Positions 51,944-64,000 of a stretch of 64,000 nucleotides of DNA are shown here, one piece after another. The notes under the pieces are model-generated. The model had not been told where the DNA came from. It searched no databases and was given only the letters and a program-made list of their open reading frames with translations. The first letter of the stretch is position 1. Each line of letters opens with the position of its first letter. This DNA is from Hydrolagus affinis (lineage: Eukaryota): positions 1 to 64,000 of the forward strand of contig JAAILG010001533.1 of assembly GCA_012026655.1 (NCBI GenBank). Direction: 5' to 3'. Both the position numbers and the translations under genes were made by a program.

Positions 51944-52079
51944 ATGTTGAGTCCTGCAAACGGAGACCAGATACACGTTGTGAACTATGTGGAGGACTAT
52001 TTGGATTCAATCGAGTCTCTGCCTTTTGATCTACAGAGAAACGTCTCTCTGATGAGGGAAATCGATGCAAAATATCAAG
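51944..52079 (+). CDS. ING1: ING1 coding exon 1
   Basis: [45 protein letters not shown]|gtaagg; not in the ORF track. Confidence 0.96.
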
Positions 52080-55000
52080 GTAAGGGGAGCGAAGCTGGCT
52101 CTGCCTGTCTTTTGTGAACGTCTGATCATTCATTTAGTTTCATGTTGGGAAAAGAAAAGAGTGAACTGCAACGTCAGTGTGGGGCGGAACAAAAGATCAG
52201 CTTTATAACACAGCCATTTTGACAGAAACAAGAATAAATATCGTTAGACAATCGTGAAAGGAAATGCGTTTTAATGTTTGTAATCTGTAACAGTCGTAGA
52301 GAAGGTTAGCAGCAACAAGAAGCTAGAGTATGGCTGAGATGTAAACTATATTCGGCAATGTACAGTATTCCGGCAGGTCCATGATGGCTGTAGTGTCAGC
52401 AGGGCTGTGGAGCTGTTTGGTGGTGGGCAGGGTTTTGTTTTTCGTTTGTAATATCACAATCGGCACCAGAAGATAATCATTTAAAAACACACTGCATGTA
52501 GATTTCGTTGTTAAAACTATCACATGCATCTTAAAAATGGGGTCATGTTTTTTTTCGCGATTGAAGATGAATGGTGGATTTGTAGTATCGGCTGAGTGTT
52601 TTACTATGGGCACCTACAGCACCAAAACGGTTCAAACTAACATTTTTTTACTGAAACGAATCTGTGTCGAAGCTTCAGTCAGCTGCTCGAGTGCTGATTT
52701 CCCCCCTCCTGTTTATGTGGTTTGTCGAAACTAGAGGCTGGCGATCAGTTCGCGCTGAGAGCAGCTGCTGTAACGCAAATGAGTTGGTGTTGAGCTAGAG
52801 CCATTTAAATATGGATATTTATGGCAGAAAAAAAGACAGCGGTCGTCTTCTGATGGCCTTTGTCTCGGAGGTTTTGTTTCTAGAGTCGCATAAGGGACAG
52901 TTTTAGTGTTCTTGTAGGACGCTTATGGGGAGAAGCTATGTTTGTGGAAGGGGTGGGGGGGGGGCGGCTGAGGAAGTAGTGCATTGCTCGAGACTCTCCT
53001 CGATTCTGGAAAATATCGGGCAACAGTCGGCAAAAGAGAGGGTGAAAGTAGTTGTGCGTGGTATTTAACGTTGGAGTATGCTTTGCCAAAGCTGGGGAAT
53101 GAGAGAGTGCAATGTGTGGTTGGTGGGTATGTGGAGTGGAGAGGGAGAGCAGAGCTGGCAGCCGTAGCCTGCCTGCCTTCCTGTTGGTGAGCGCACCCAC
53201 CGCGCTTGACTGTATATGCGCTACAGCCTGAATATATACATAACCTTCATTAGCATTCACCGGGAGGGCCCGCCCCTTCCCCTCTCATTGGCTCTCCCCC
53301 GATTTCCTTGTTGTCTTTGGAATGTTGGATCCAGGCCGTCGCCTCCTGATAGGTGCGTTTTCCCGTCAATTAGCGAGGAACCGCCCACTCTTTATGTTAT
53401 GGCCCGCGGGTCTTGCGTGTGACGTCGCATATAAACGAGCAGGAGCAGATCCCGCCTACCTCGGGCGCCTATTGGGTCCGCTATCCGCGTTGCTCCGGGT
53501 GATGGGACACTGATTGGATATCCGAAATGTCAATCAAGTTCCGTGTCGACGCCTCTCCGGGCTGGGTTCCTCATGACGTTGCCTACGTAACGTGCCGTCC
53601 GGGCTACGGAGAATCTTAACATTGTGTTATTCTCCATTTTAGGCTGTGTAGTATTGTGGAGAATCTTAGTTCGTGCGTTAAACAGAAAAGTATGTTTTAT
53701 GCACGAAGACTTTAAAATCTCCGCACGCGTTTCTTATGCGAAATTCATGACAGATTGGACGTAATTCTCACGATTAATGAATACTTGCAGGAAGAAAACA
53801 TACTTCCCAAAAGTCAACAGTTACTATTTCGAAAGTAATAAACGTCCTTTCAGCTGGTTGATTTATTACTTGAGATTGTGTACCCCAAACATGGTACAGA
53901 ATCTAAAGACCCACGAGAGAAGCAACAGTTCCTTACAGTATTTAATACACCTACACATTATCTATTTGTTAATAATTGTCTCAAATGTAGTCCAATCAAA
54001 ATGTTTAGTTGGGGAGAAAGGCTATGATGAAGAATGCAGCAAGAATGAGGTGACTTTTTTGTTACCTTAACAGTTTGTAATGGCATATTGCACTCGCGTC
54101 GCTTAAAGCAGAAATTACTATTATGTTGACAAAGAAGCAAGTATCGACCTTTTACATTAAATAATTGTTTGGTCCCCAGATTGCACGATTTACTTCCTTT
54201 TCTGTGCGAATATACTGTCTATCGATCTTTGAAGTGTGTTCCTATATTTTAGTGCTTTGTAGTAAATCGTGTTTTCTTTAAAGGTCATTTCTATTAAATT
54301 CGTAATTAAAGTGACATTGCTCCACTGATGACGTTTTTGGTTACAGTACTAGAATATCGAGCAATTGCTAATTGTACTTTTTAAGTTTCCTTATTTGTTT
54401 CCGCCATGGCTGTTACAGTCAGTAAATATTTTCAAAAGCTGTGAAGTGTTTTTATAGCTGACTTGTCATGTTGTATTGATGTCACTGATTTAATGCAGTA
54501 CTACTACATTTCCATTATTATTATTATCAGATACTCGATCTTTGCAACCACAAAGATCAGTTGTGCTTTTTCTCCCTGTGTGTTTTTTTGTAATCTGTGG
54601 GTACATTGTGATTTCATTAATGTTTGCTTTTCAGATATCCTGAAGGAGCTGGATGAATATTACGAAAAGCACAAGAAGGAAACGGATGCAGTGCAGCGCA
54701 GGCGGATCCTCCATTACATCCAGCGAGCTCTGATCCGAAGTCAGGAGCTGGGCGACGAGAAGATTCAAATCGTCAATCAGATGGTGGAGTTGGTGGAAAA
54801 CAGGACCCGGCAGGTGGACAGTCACGTCGAGCTTTTCGAAAACTGCACGGAAAACAACGACAACGGCAAGTCTTCCTTGGATAAGTCTAGGAATGAAGGG
54901 ACAACACCGGCAGAGAAACCGAGCACCAAGAGGTCGAGAAGACAGAGGAACAATGAGAACCGAGAGAATGCATCCGGCAATCACGATCACGATGACAGCA

Positions 55001-55326
55001 CAGTGGGTACACCAAAGGAGAAGAAAGCTAAAACCTCAAAGAAAAAGAAACGGTCTAAAGCCAAGGCGGAGCGAGAGGCGTCTCCTGCAGATCTACCCAT
55101 TGATCCCAATGAGCCCACCTACTGCCTGTGCAACCAAGTCTCTTATGGAGAGATGATAGGCTGTGACAACGACGAGTGTCCTATCGAATGGTTTCACTTC
55201 TCCTGTGTGGGTCTCAACCACAAACCCAAGGGCAAATGGTACTGTCCCAAATGCAGAGGAGAAAACGAGAAAACCATGGACAAAGCTCTGGAGAAATCTA
55301 AAAAGGAGAGGGCTTACACCAGGTAG
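51944..55326 (+). CDS. ING1: inhibitor of growth protein 1 (p33ING1b-type), spliced CDS, 275 aa
   Basis: join(51944..52079,54635..55326); N-terminal ING domain, basic NLS region, PHD finger ([38 protein letters not shown]), C-terminus [10 protein letters not shown]. Confidence 0.97.
53140..53620 (+). promoter_or_regulatory. intronic CpG-rich candidate alternative ING1 promoter
   Basis: ATTGG x3 (53287, 53471, 53513), GC box (cccgcccc), CRE-like TGACGT (53420, 53574), TATA-like catataaa, TGTCAATCA (53528). Confidence 0.6.
54635..55326 (+). CDS. ING1: ING1 coding exon 2
   Basis: tttcag|(D)[11 protein letters not shown]...PHD...AYTR*. Confidence 0.97.
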
Positions 55327-55823
55327 TTCCAACAGTGTCCTTTCTTTATCTGTACAGCAACAGAAATTAATGTATATTTATTAAAAGTTCACCTGGAGGT
55401 GCAAGGACGGTTAAATTGTATTTTAAGAAGTGGGAAAACCATTCCTTCCGAAGACCAGACTTTTTTTTTGCAAGAAAACTAAACGATGACAAAAAGCCTT
55501 TGGTTTTAGTCTCCTGTCCAGCGCATGAAGACTTTTTTCTATTTTCTTGAAAAATACAGAAGTTGTAAATTATAAAAAAAACTCACTGTTCAGATATGAT
55601 TTTTTTTATACAACACTCGAGTTCCATCAGAGAAACAAATGAGAAAACGGTTGTATTAATATTTATCAGCAATAGTGACTTTTTTTTGTTTGTAAGACGT
55701 TGTACAAATGTATAGTGTATGATCATCACCATAGGGTTTAACCATATTGTAACAAATCATTTTATCGTTTGTTACTTGTTTAACAGAAAAAAATACTGTA
55801 CAGCTGTGATATAAAAGAAAAAA

Positions 55824-55829
55824 ATTAAA
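55824..55829 (+). terminator. candidate ING1 polyadenylation signal (ATTAAA)
   Basis: end of the AT-rich 3' UTR, followed by T/GT-rich ttccttttgttctgtgtatt. Confidence 0.55.
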
Positions 55830-55899
55830 CATCTGGACAGTTCCTTTTGTTCTGTGTATTTACAATATTCGACAAATCTAATCTTTCCAGCTTCAGAGG

Positions 55900-57060
55900 A
55901 ACTCGCGGGGGGTCGCTGTGGCTGATGCATAGTTATTCAGGGGGTAAAGGCTCTCAAATAAAATGCTTTCTCTCACTCAAAATAGCCGTGCAGTGATTGG
56001 GATGTTGCCGGGTTGGGGGGGGGGGGGGTGTGAGGACCTTCCCTGTGGAGGTGGTGAGGGTTTCCCAGGCACCAGCGTCCGTTACAAGCCTCAGGCTGAC
56101 AGAGGCTGGAGTTTTCCTGCTGTAAGATGGCCGCCTGCTCCCGCGGTTCAGTCCTGCCGACCTGGAGCTGCCGTCTTCACCTTCGGGTCCCTATCGTCGC
56201 CGACATTTTTTTCTCGGGGCTAGAAACAGACTGGTCCCTTCTCCCGCCGATCGCCGCTACCCGGATACGGGGCCGTCTGGATGCCTCCTGGAGCCGGCTC
56301 TATCCGAGCTGTCCTGCCGGTAAGAATGGAGCCGAGCCAGCGGGAAGCTCTCGCTCCTGCCCTCCGCAGCTGGGGGGAGCAGGGAGCGGTGATTTCCCGG
56401 TGCTGGCGGTGAACCCGCTCCTCGCTGTCCGGCATCCCCTTGATTCTCAATATTAACAGGAAACCAAACAAGATGCACATGGGCGCGGCCGGCGCTGGCG
56501 GCGGGGCTGCTGCTGTGCGCGAGCCCGGGCGGGCGGGCGGCGTGTTCCATTGGAACGCCGGGACAGACAGGCGGACAATGGGGGGGGGGACGTTCTCTAA
56601 TGGAACTGTCAGCGCCGCCAGAACGCGAGAGACAATGCTGGGGAGAACGCCTGTGTGTAACAACAATGTTCTAAAATGGAGGGGAGGGAGGGAGAGAGAG
56701 AGAGAGGGAGGGAGGCAGCCCTGGCCCGGGCAGCAGAGACTCACTGACTCTCACTCACTCACTGACTTTCATTTTGTTTCTTGTTTATTTGATGTTGAGA
56801 TTCCCAGCCTGTCGTTCGTGTGTGTGTGTGTGTGTGTGTTTTTTTTAAAAATGGGTTCCGATGGGATCTGAAGGAGAGCGCTGCACCGCCAGACTCCACA
56901 GTTAGCACCGCAGGGATTTCCTTCGCATTCGCACCCAAAGGGTGTTTTTTTTTGTGTGTTTCGGGGTCGAGCACGTGTGCGGTTCGAGACGAGAACACTT
57001 TGCGGGAGTTCATGTGTTACAATGGGAGACACAGTCTGTTGCACACTCGGTGTTGCACAC
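55900..57060. promoter_or_regulatory. CpG island downstream of ING1 (unassigned promoter or enhancer)
   Basis: high GC and CpG density, YY1-like AAGATGGCCGCC at 56124, clustered ACAATG motifs. Confidence 0.55.
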
Positions 57061-57528
57061 TCGGTTCACATTTCAGGATGCAAATTACAGCAACACGATG
57101 GATTTAAAGCCTATGCAGACTGACGGCGATGATAATGTTTCTCCTCGCTGCAAATAACTACTAGCAATCTTGCATTTCCTGTAGGTTTAGCCACGGGGCA
57201 TCAACCACAGGGAACTGTCAGAAGATTATTGATCGGAGAGTCCTGTCCTGTGTGCACTTCACGTTTGTTAACAAACCGGAATGTTCCAACATCGAGACAC
57301 CAGAGTGGCCAGAGTGGGGGAGGTGTAGGCATCTTCATAGATAAATCCCCCCCCCCCATTCCCCTTCTCCAAAAATATACCTGAAATGATAATTGGTGTG
57401 AATTCGCAGACTTGCTTGAATTCCCAGCCCCCCGCCTGTGTGTGATTGGAGCAGCTTCTATTTTATAATCTACAACAACTCGCACTCCGTGAATCACATT
57501 CGAAATAAAGGATTCATTTATAGGCGAG

Positions 57529-57628
57529 NNNNNNNNNNNNNNNNNNNNNNNNNNNNNNNNNNNNNNNNNNNNNNNNNNNNNNNNNNNNNNNNNNNNNNNN
57601 NNNNNNNNNNNNNNNNNNNNNNNNNNNN
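57529..57628. other. assembly gap
   Basis: 100 N. Confidence 1.
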
Positions 57629-58239
57629 TCCACCCCCCCCCCGTCTAAAGATGTCTGTGTTAACATATTAAAGTAAAACTCAACTTATTTGGGGATGATT
57701 TAAGTATTCACAAACAAACCAATCTCACTGTTTGCTGTCAATATATTAACAGGTGACAGAGGGAGCTCACTCCACGTCGCTGTATGATAAACGTACATGG
57801 GAAGCAGAATTAGTGATGTGGGTGAATGAGATGTTATGCAATGCTGGTGTTTAAGAACGAGCAGAGAATAATATTGACGATTCTAAATTCCCCAGTGTAA
57901 TAGTAACGGCAAAGCGCAGCCAATTCCCGACAACCTGATCCCTGCTTAATGTGTCATTACCGTTTAAGTCATCGTGCTTTCAATATCCAAGTTGGATGTG
58001 TTTATACATATGCCCAACTCACCACTGCGGCAGCCCACCACTGAACCCTTTCCCCCCGGAGTGACGAGTTATCAGGAGTTTACCGTGTCTTCCTCTCCTG
58101 AGAGTGGGGACCTCTGTGAGTACGGTTTGGCTTCTCACCCATGACCATCCTTTATGTGTGATCTTTGACAGAGTGTCAACTGGCTATTTGCACTGGCTGT
58201 CATTGTATCCCAAGGGATCTCAGATAGTAATATATTAGT

Positions 58240-58537
58240 TTTAATCCTTGCATTTAGTGCAGCGCTTTTCACGTCTTCTAGACATCACAAAGCGCTTCAG
58301 AATATACTGTAAAGTGAATTGCCTGTATATTTGTAGGTGAAATGTGGCAGCCAATTGCACACAGCAGTGTCGCGCAAACAGGTGTGGACTAAGTGACCAA
58401 AATTATTATTTTTTATGTGAGAGATTATCAGGTGTGCAGATTAAGGAAACTTGCCCAAGGTTTCACTCTGCCTGGAATCAAACCCAGGTCTCTTGCTTGC
58501 AAAGTGACTGCTTTAACCACTGAGCTACAGGACTCCA
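58240..58537 (-). mobile_element. tRNA-derived SINE
   Basis: full-length reverse copy ending ctgagctacaggactcc. Confidence 0.85.
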
Positions 58538-59663
58538 CCAATTATAATTAGGGCTTCTGATTTTTTTTAATGGGGTTTATTATTTGCAATTTTTTTCAAG
58601 CCATTTTAGAGTGTTTATAAACCAAGGTTTTTCAGGACTTTCGTTGCTATATTGATATGGCAAACTATATAGTCCATTCACTTTACAGAATACAGTATTC
58701 TGTGAAGGGCTTTGAGACATCTCAACAATGTGATAAGGTGATATTTGAATTGCAAGGATTATTATATTATGTCTGCACACATGGAGGATTGGGGGAGGCA
58801 GAGGGTTGGCTTACCAGGATGCCACCGAGATTGAGCAGGAGAGCAAACCTAACCTCAGAGTTGATTCAGGACAGTTTTTATTGGATAAACAATGATTTCT
58901 TTTCTTTAGCATCAAGGGTATTTTGTTGAGGTATATCAGTTAAAACCGAAAATCAGAGCTGGCTCAGCATAGATCAGTGACTTCCTCTTCTGTATGAACT
59001 ATAATGGTGCAATATCAAATGATCTTGTTACTCAATAGGCCAAGCAAATCTTGATTTTTATGTATATTTTGACCAGGATACCAGAAAAATTGAAAATATT
59101 GCAATAGAATTCATTATTAAATGTGAGTAGAAAAAAGGAAATCCACAAACCAAGGAACTAGCCTTCAAACAAGGTTTGAAAAATGATTGCAATAAGGTGG
59201 GAGAAATTGTAATTAGTAATTTTATAAATATTTTTAAAATGTGGATTAAAAAATTAAATATATCCTAAAGTGCAAGAGTAATTCTTCTAGAGTGAAGAAA
59301 CCACAACAGAGAAGAATGGTTAGTCATAATATATTACAGAAAGAGCAAAAGACTTTGGTAAAGCAAAGGAACATAAATTTAGGATTGACCAAATTGCAAA
59401 AAACAACAAAATAAAGCCTAGAAAATAATGAGGACAAAGAGAGTACTAACAGACCTTGCAGTTAGTATAGACAGAAATTGTGAGAGTATTTTTTATAAGT
59501 ATCTGTACATGAATTTAAAAAATAGTAAAGTAGGAGTTGGGTGCAGAAAAACAAATTGTAGGATAAGAGCTAAATGAATGTGTTGCTTTGGTATTCATAC
59601 GAGTGAAGTAGGTTACAGTACTGAAGGTATTGGAAAAATAATACAGTACTTACATTTAATATA

Positions 59664-59995
59664 CAGTAGAACCTCGATAATCTGACATCCCGAAAGCTGG
59701 CAACTCCCTAACACCGGTAGGTTTCAAAATACACACAGTATTACATTTTCCTCCAATATCCGGCAAATCTCCTGAAGTTGGGAATAGCTGCTTGTGGTTC
59801 CTGGTGGCCACTCTGTCACCCTGCGCTGTGGGTGGAGCTCGGCCATTGTTTGGCTTCAGTGCTGTGTTTACAGCTCACATGGGCTATGTGGCAGGGCTTC
59901 CCCAGCTATTTCTAGGGTCGGATCTAAATACCAGCAAACTCCGAAATCCGGGAAGTGCGTGGTCCTAACCATGCCGGATTATTGACGTTCTACTG
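59664..59995. mobile_element. Tigger/pogo-like MITE
   Basis: TIR cagtagaacctcgataatc / gattattgacgttctactg, preceded by TA. Confidence 0.75.
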
Positions 59996-60004
59996 CAGCA
60001 CTAG

Positions 60005-60245
60005 TCACGTTTTCTAGACGCCTCAAGGCACTTCACAGAATATACTGTAAGGTGAATTGACTATATTTGTGGGTGAAACATGGCAGCCAATCGGACACAG
60101 CCGTGTCCCACAAACAGTCGAGATTTGAATGACCAAATAATTTTTTTTTGAAGTGATTATTACCCGCAGAAAAGCAATCCACCATTCGACTAACAACTGG
60201 GTTCCTACTTCCAGCTAGTATGGAGTAAGAAACTTGCCTAACGTT
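60005..60245 (-). mobile_element. tRNA-derived SINE, long subfamily, partial
   Basis: reverse SINE body with cgactaacaactgggttcctact segment. Confidence 0.78.
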
Positions 60246-60554
60246 TCATTTTTGTGTGAAACTAATTAAAAAAATGCACTTATTTACTGCTGTTTATAAA
60301 TGTGGCTTCTCCATGAAAGATTTAAGTTTAATTGTTGCTGCTTTGCATGAGAGACTATCATATTTTTTAAACAATGAAATTGGACACATTGTACTGGTTT
60401 ATTGCAATAACATCCCAAAGTCAATGACATTGTTCACAATATTTAGAATAAAGAAGATACTTCTCCCTCACTCCAAATGGATTTTAAAAGAATAAAAGAA
60501 ACTTGAAGCTTCATTCTTTACAGACGAGATTAACTCCCATATATTAAGACACAA

Positions 60555-61100
60555 TACAACAAAATTATATTTTTGGAGCACCTTTTACGTCAGGAGGACA
60601 TATCAAGGGCACTGAACAGTTGGGGGTCACAGTTGGGATGAGCAAGGGCAGAGAGGTAGGAGGGGCGATTGAAGACACGGTCGAAGAGGTGAGTCTTTAG
60701 ATCAGTCTTGAAAGAGGCAACGGAGGGAGCAAGTCCGAGGGATTGTGGGATGGAGTCCCAAAGTGTAGAGGCAGAGAGGCTGAAAGTCTGGCTGCCAATG
60801 GTAGGACTGGAGACATGGAGCAGGCTGAATAGAGGGAGTGGACAGGTTGATAGGGGGTCAGCATGTGAAAGAGGTAGGAGGGGGCAAGGCCGTGGAGGGC
60901 CTCGAAAGTGAGAACAAGGATCTTGAGTTTGATCCTCTAAGGAATGGGGAGCTAATGGAGCCTGGCAAGGGTGGGGGTGATGGGGTCGCAGAGCTGTGTG
61001 TGGGAGAGGACATGAGCTGCAGAGTTTTGGATTATCTGCAGTTTGTGGAGGGAAGAGTTGGGGAGGCTGACAAGAAGGGAGTTGTCATCGTCGAGCCTAA
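60555..61100 (-). mobile_element. L2 LINE 3' fragment
   Basis: reverse L2 tail and gtgagaacaaggatcttgag..aatggggagc (antisense LHWLP region). Confidence 0.78.
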
Positions 61101-61710
61101 TGCGAATCAGAATTTGAAATCAACTTACCTATATTAAAATGTTAAATCTAGAATTAACACTGAAATGTAAGAAATAGAACAAAATTACACACAGAGCAAC
61201 ACAAACAAGCAGAATCTGTTCATGAGCACAGTCCAGAGTCTGACATCTACACAGCAATGTTCAACCACAAATAGTTCCCTTCCAGAAGAGATGTTTCTTT
61301 CTGCCTGTCCCACAATCATACATAGGAATGTTTGAGTATATTAATGTTTGATTGTCATCCACAATTTTGCACATTGTGGATTATAATCAAACCACGTTGA
61401 GGTAATTTTCAAAGGTGCAATCTTTCTCAAAAGTGTCTTGGTAAATGTTTTTATACCAAAGTATTTAGAAGCAAATTTGTGTTCAAGCAAAGAGATCACT
61501 GCATTGGATTTTTGTTCTCATCTTTTGGGGGGTTGGGTTTAAGAATTAATGCTACAAAACTATTCCTGATGATTGAGTATCTTTATTTATTACAAGTAAT
61601 TCATATTTTATTTACATCAATGTATGAGCTGAAAACAAATGTGTTGCCACACCAAGGGTTAAATCATATGAATTTTTTATTCACCGCTATTTGCATTGCA
61701 ATCTACTTTT

Positions 61711-62014
61711 GGGGTCCTATAGCTCAGTGGTTAGAGCACACACCTTACAAGCGTGAGATCTGTGTTTCGAATCCAGGCAGGTCAGGGCAAAATCTTAGCC
61801 AAGTTTCCTTACTCCTCACACCTAATAATAATCCGTCAAAAAAAAACACAATAATAAAATTGGTCATTTCAATCCACGACTGCTGTGTGCAATTGACTGT
61901 CATGTTTCGCCCACAAATATACAGTCAATTCACTTTACAGTATTCTGTGAAGCTCTTTGAGATATCTAGAAGACGTGAAAAGCGCTATATCAAATGCAAG
62001 GATTATTATTATTA
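61711..62014 (+). mobile_element. tRNA-derived SINE
   Basis: intact A and B boxes, body and (tta)n tail. Confidence 0.88.
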
Positions 62015-64000
62015 TCTCAAGCTCAATAGTAGTTATCGCTACATGAAGCACATGAAGTTTGAGCATTGCAAGAAAATCATAGAGGTTGGAGCCAAGAGTC
62101 AGGAAAAAAACTTAATATACATGCAAACTTTCATCTAGAGGCATAGTCCCACTGTAATGCTAGAATTATTATACTGTACATCATATTGTTAATCTAAATG
62201 TTTTTCTATTTGCTAATTTTTGCAATTACTTTCCTGAGATTACGCTTATCAAATATGAAGCAAGCTTTTCCAAATGTTTACCAAGTGTTGGGTTGCAAAA
62301 CACTGATCAGTACTACCACTGAAAAAACCTTCCACATTATATGACATATTTTAAAAATCTAGGAAATTTGGACATTTTTTCATATCATCTCCTGAAGTAG
62401 TTATATAACTTGTATGCAGAAACATGGAAGGCATTCTGTGGATTCTCATGGTACACTATATACAAGCGAGAAGACCCAGGTTTGATTCTTGGTCGAGGTG
62501 AAAACTTAAGACAAGTTTCCTTACTCGTTTACCTCTGATTTTGTTTGGCCCGTTTGCAAGAGCCAGTTAAACTACAGTATAATGTGGATTTTTATGCACT
62601 CAGTGTTACCTGAAGGGTTATCAAGAAGAACTCAGTGTGGGTGCATCTTCATGCATATTACTTTAGACTTTTCCTGTTTGCTTTTATAAGTTGGCAGTTT
62701 CTGTAATGCAGAGTTTCATGTTAACACATGTAATATTAGGATGACAGGGGACATTCAGTCTTAAAAGTTAAACCACAAGATATATTTACTGTCAGAAACA
62801 AATTCATAGATTGTATTGTGTGGGTGTAAGATGATGGACCAGTGATTGCAGTTTAGTTATACTGGCAGTAATACAACATTATATATTTGTGTATTCCACA
62901 TGTTTAAATGAGGTATATTGAGAGCCCTCATCAATACAACTAATAATAGACTGCCAATCTTTAAAACTGAAGCATTTTTCGCTTGAGTTTACAACCTTAA
63001 TAGTATCTTCACACAGAATGAATCCCTCAAAATGCTTGACAAATATAACGAGGCACATAAAACAGAAAGAAGGAATTGAGATGCTGACCATATACATTGG
63101 TACAAGATATATTTTAAGGGAGTTTTGAAACAAAGAGAGAAGAAAAAGGCCAGAGGGCAGGGGTATCATCTCTGCAGTGGTGGGATGGAAGAACTGAGAA
63201 ATTAACGATACACCAGAAGAGAATATCATCAGTCTCATTCAATTAAAAAAAACTTATTCAATAGAAAAGGTTTTGAAGATAATTAATAGATAATGTACAG
63301 CAGGAAACAGGCTACTATAAAAAATCTCAATTTAATTTTATGCCCACGTACAGGGCATCAAATTGCAAAAGAGAAATTACTGAGATATAAGGCAATAAGT
63401 GGTTCATGCATTTGATATAGTACCTATTCCATTAAAAATGTCTAAAAACACTTCAAAGGTAATTGACTATAGTGACTGAATTTGCAAGTTCAGTGGGCTC
63501 AGCATATGAACTGTTAAGTTCCACAATACTGTTGATTTTCTATCCCTATAGCCCTTTACCCTGTTCTCACACAGATATTTATGAGGCAACTTTTAAAGGA
63601 GATAATTAACATATAAACTGCTTTTTGCTGAGGGCCTGCTGTATTCCAATTATTTCTAATCTCATCAGATGTTTACTAATCTTGAACATCCCTGTAAATC
63701 TGCAATTAAAGAGGCTTCGTGCATCCACATTATCCATGTCCCTCACCATTTTAAGGAGTTGACCATATTCCTTTCAATCATTTCACCAATGAAACATTCA
63801 GTCTCATAATATACAGCACAAAGTCCCTGAATCACTATTTTTTCAATAATGTATCAGAAATTGTAAACAATATTCAAATATAATCATATTAAGTTTACAC
63901 TGGATTAAAAAAAGGTTTGAATTTAAATCTCCTGGTAGCCCATCTTAATACTTTAATAAAATCTACTGACAATAACTTTATATTGAATGTATACATACAT

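Noticed and set aside
50050-51976. Numerous overlapping ORFs in the CARS2-ING1 promoter
   Set aside because: Low-complexity GC-rich DNA lacking stop codons; no recognisable domains.
54463-54634. N-terminal part of the 287-aa ING1 ORF
   Set aside because: Intronic read-through upstream of the acceptor at 54634; the real N-terminus is exon 51944-52079.
1338-54634. U12-type introns
   Set aside because: All identified donors are U2-type GT; none has the RTATCCTT signature.
61711-61790. tRNA-Val-like gene (also 4444, 12818, 14357, 17733, 62440)
   Set aside because: A and B boxes continue directly into SINE body, with no acceptor stem closure; these are SINE heads.
61479-62138. 219-aa ORF
   Set aside because: Chance open frame through a SINE; the peptide recurs in other SINE-overlapping ORFs (..KCKDYYY).

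Overview
Vertebrate genomic window, inferred from its repeat families to be a cartilaginous fish. It holds the conserved syntenic block NAXD (+, coding exons 2-10; first exon not found, presumably upstream), CARS2 (-, 15 coding exons, 610 aa) and ING1 (+, 2 coding exons, 275 aa, p33ING1b-type). NAXD and CARS2 are convergent; CARS2 and ING1 are divergent around a CpG-rich promoter with ZNF143, NF-Y and PBX/PREP-type motifs. All exon boundaries were read by hand as GT-AG and are phase-consistent. Introns and intergenic DNA are dense with a tRNA-headed SINE carrying an L2-type tail, L2 and CR1 LINE fragments, Penelope-type elements with minimal hammerhead-ribozyme motifs, and hAT/Tigger-like MITEs, several nested. 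The best leads are an unexplained CpG island with a candidate first exon just 3' of ING1, the hammerhead-bearing mini-elements with target-site duplications, a KIIK->KIIR change in a CARS2 persulfide-synthase motif, a 48-bp TG..CA insertion with a 4-bp TSD, and one composite promoter module present in both ING1 promoter regions. No demonstrably new biological system can be claimed from the sequence alone. There are two 100-N assembly gaps.
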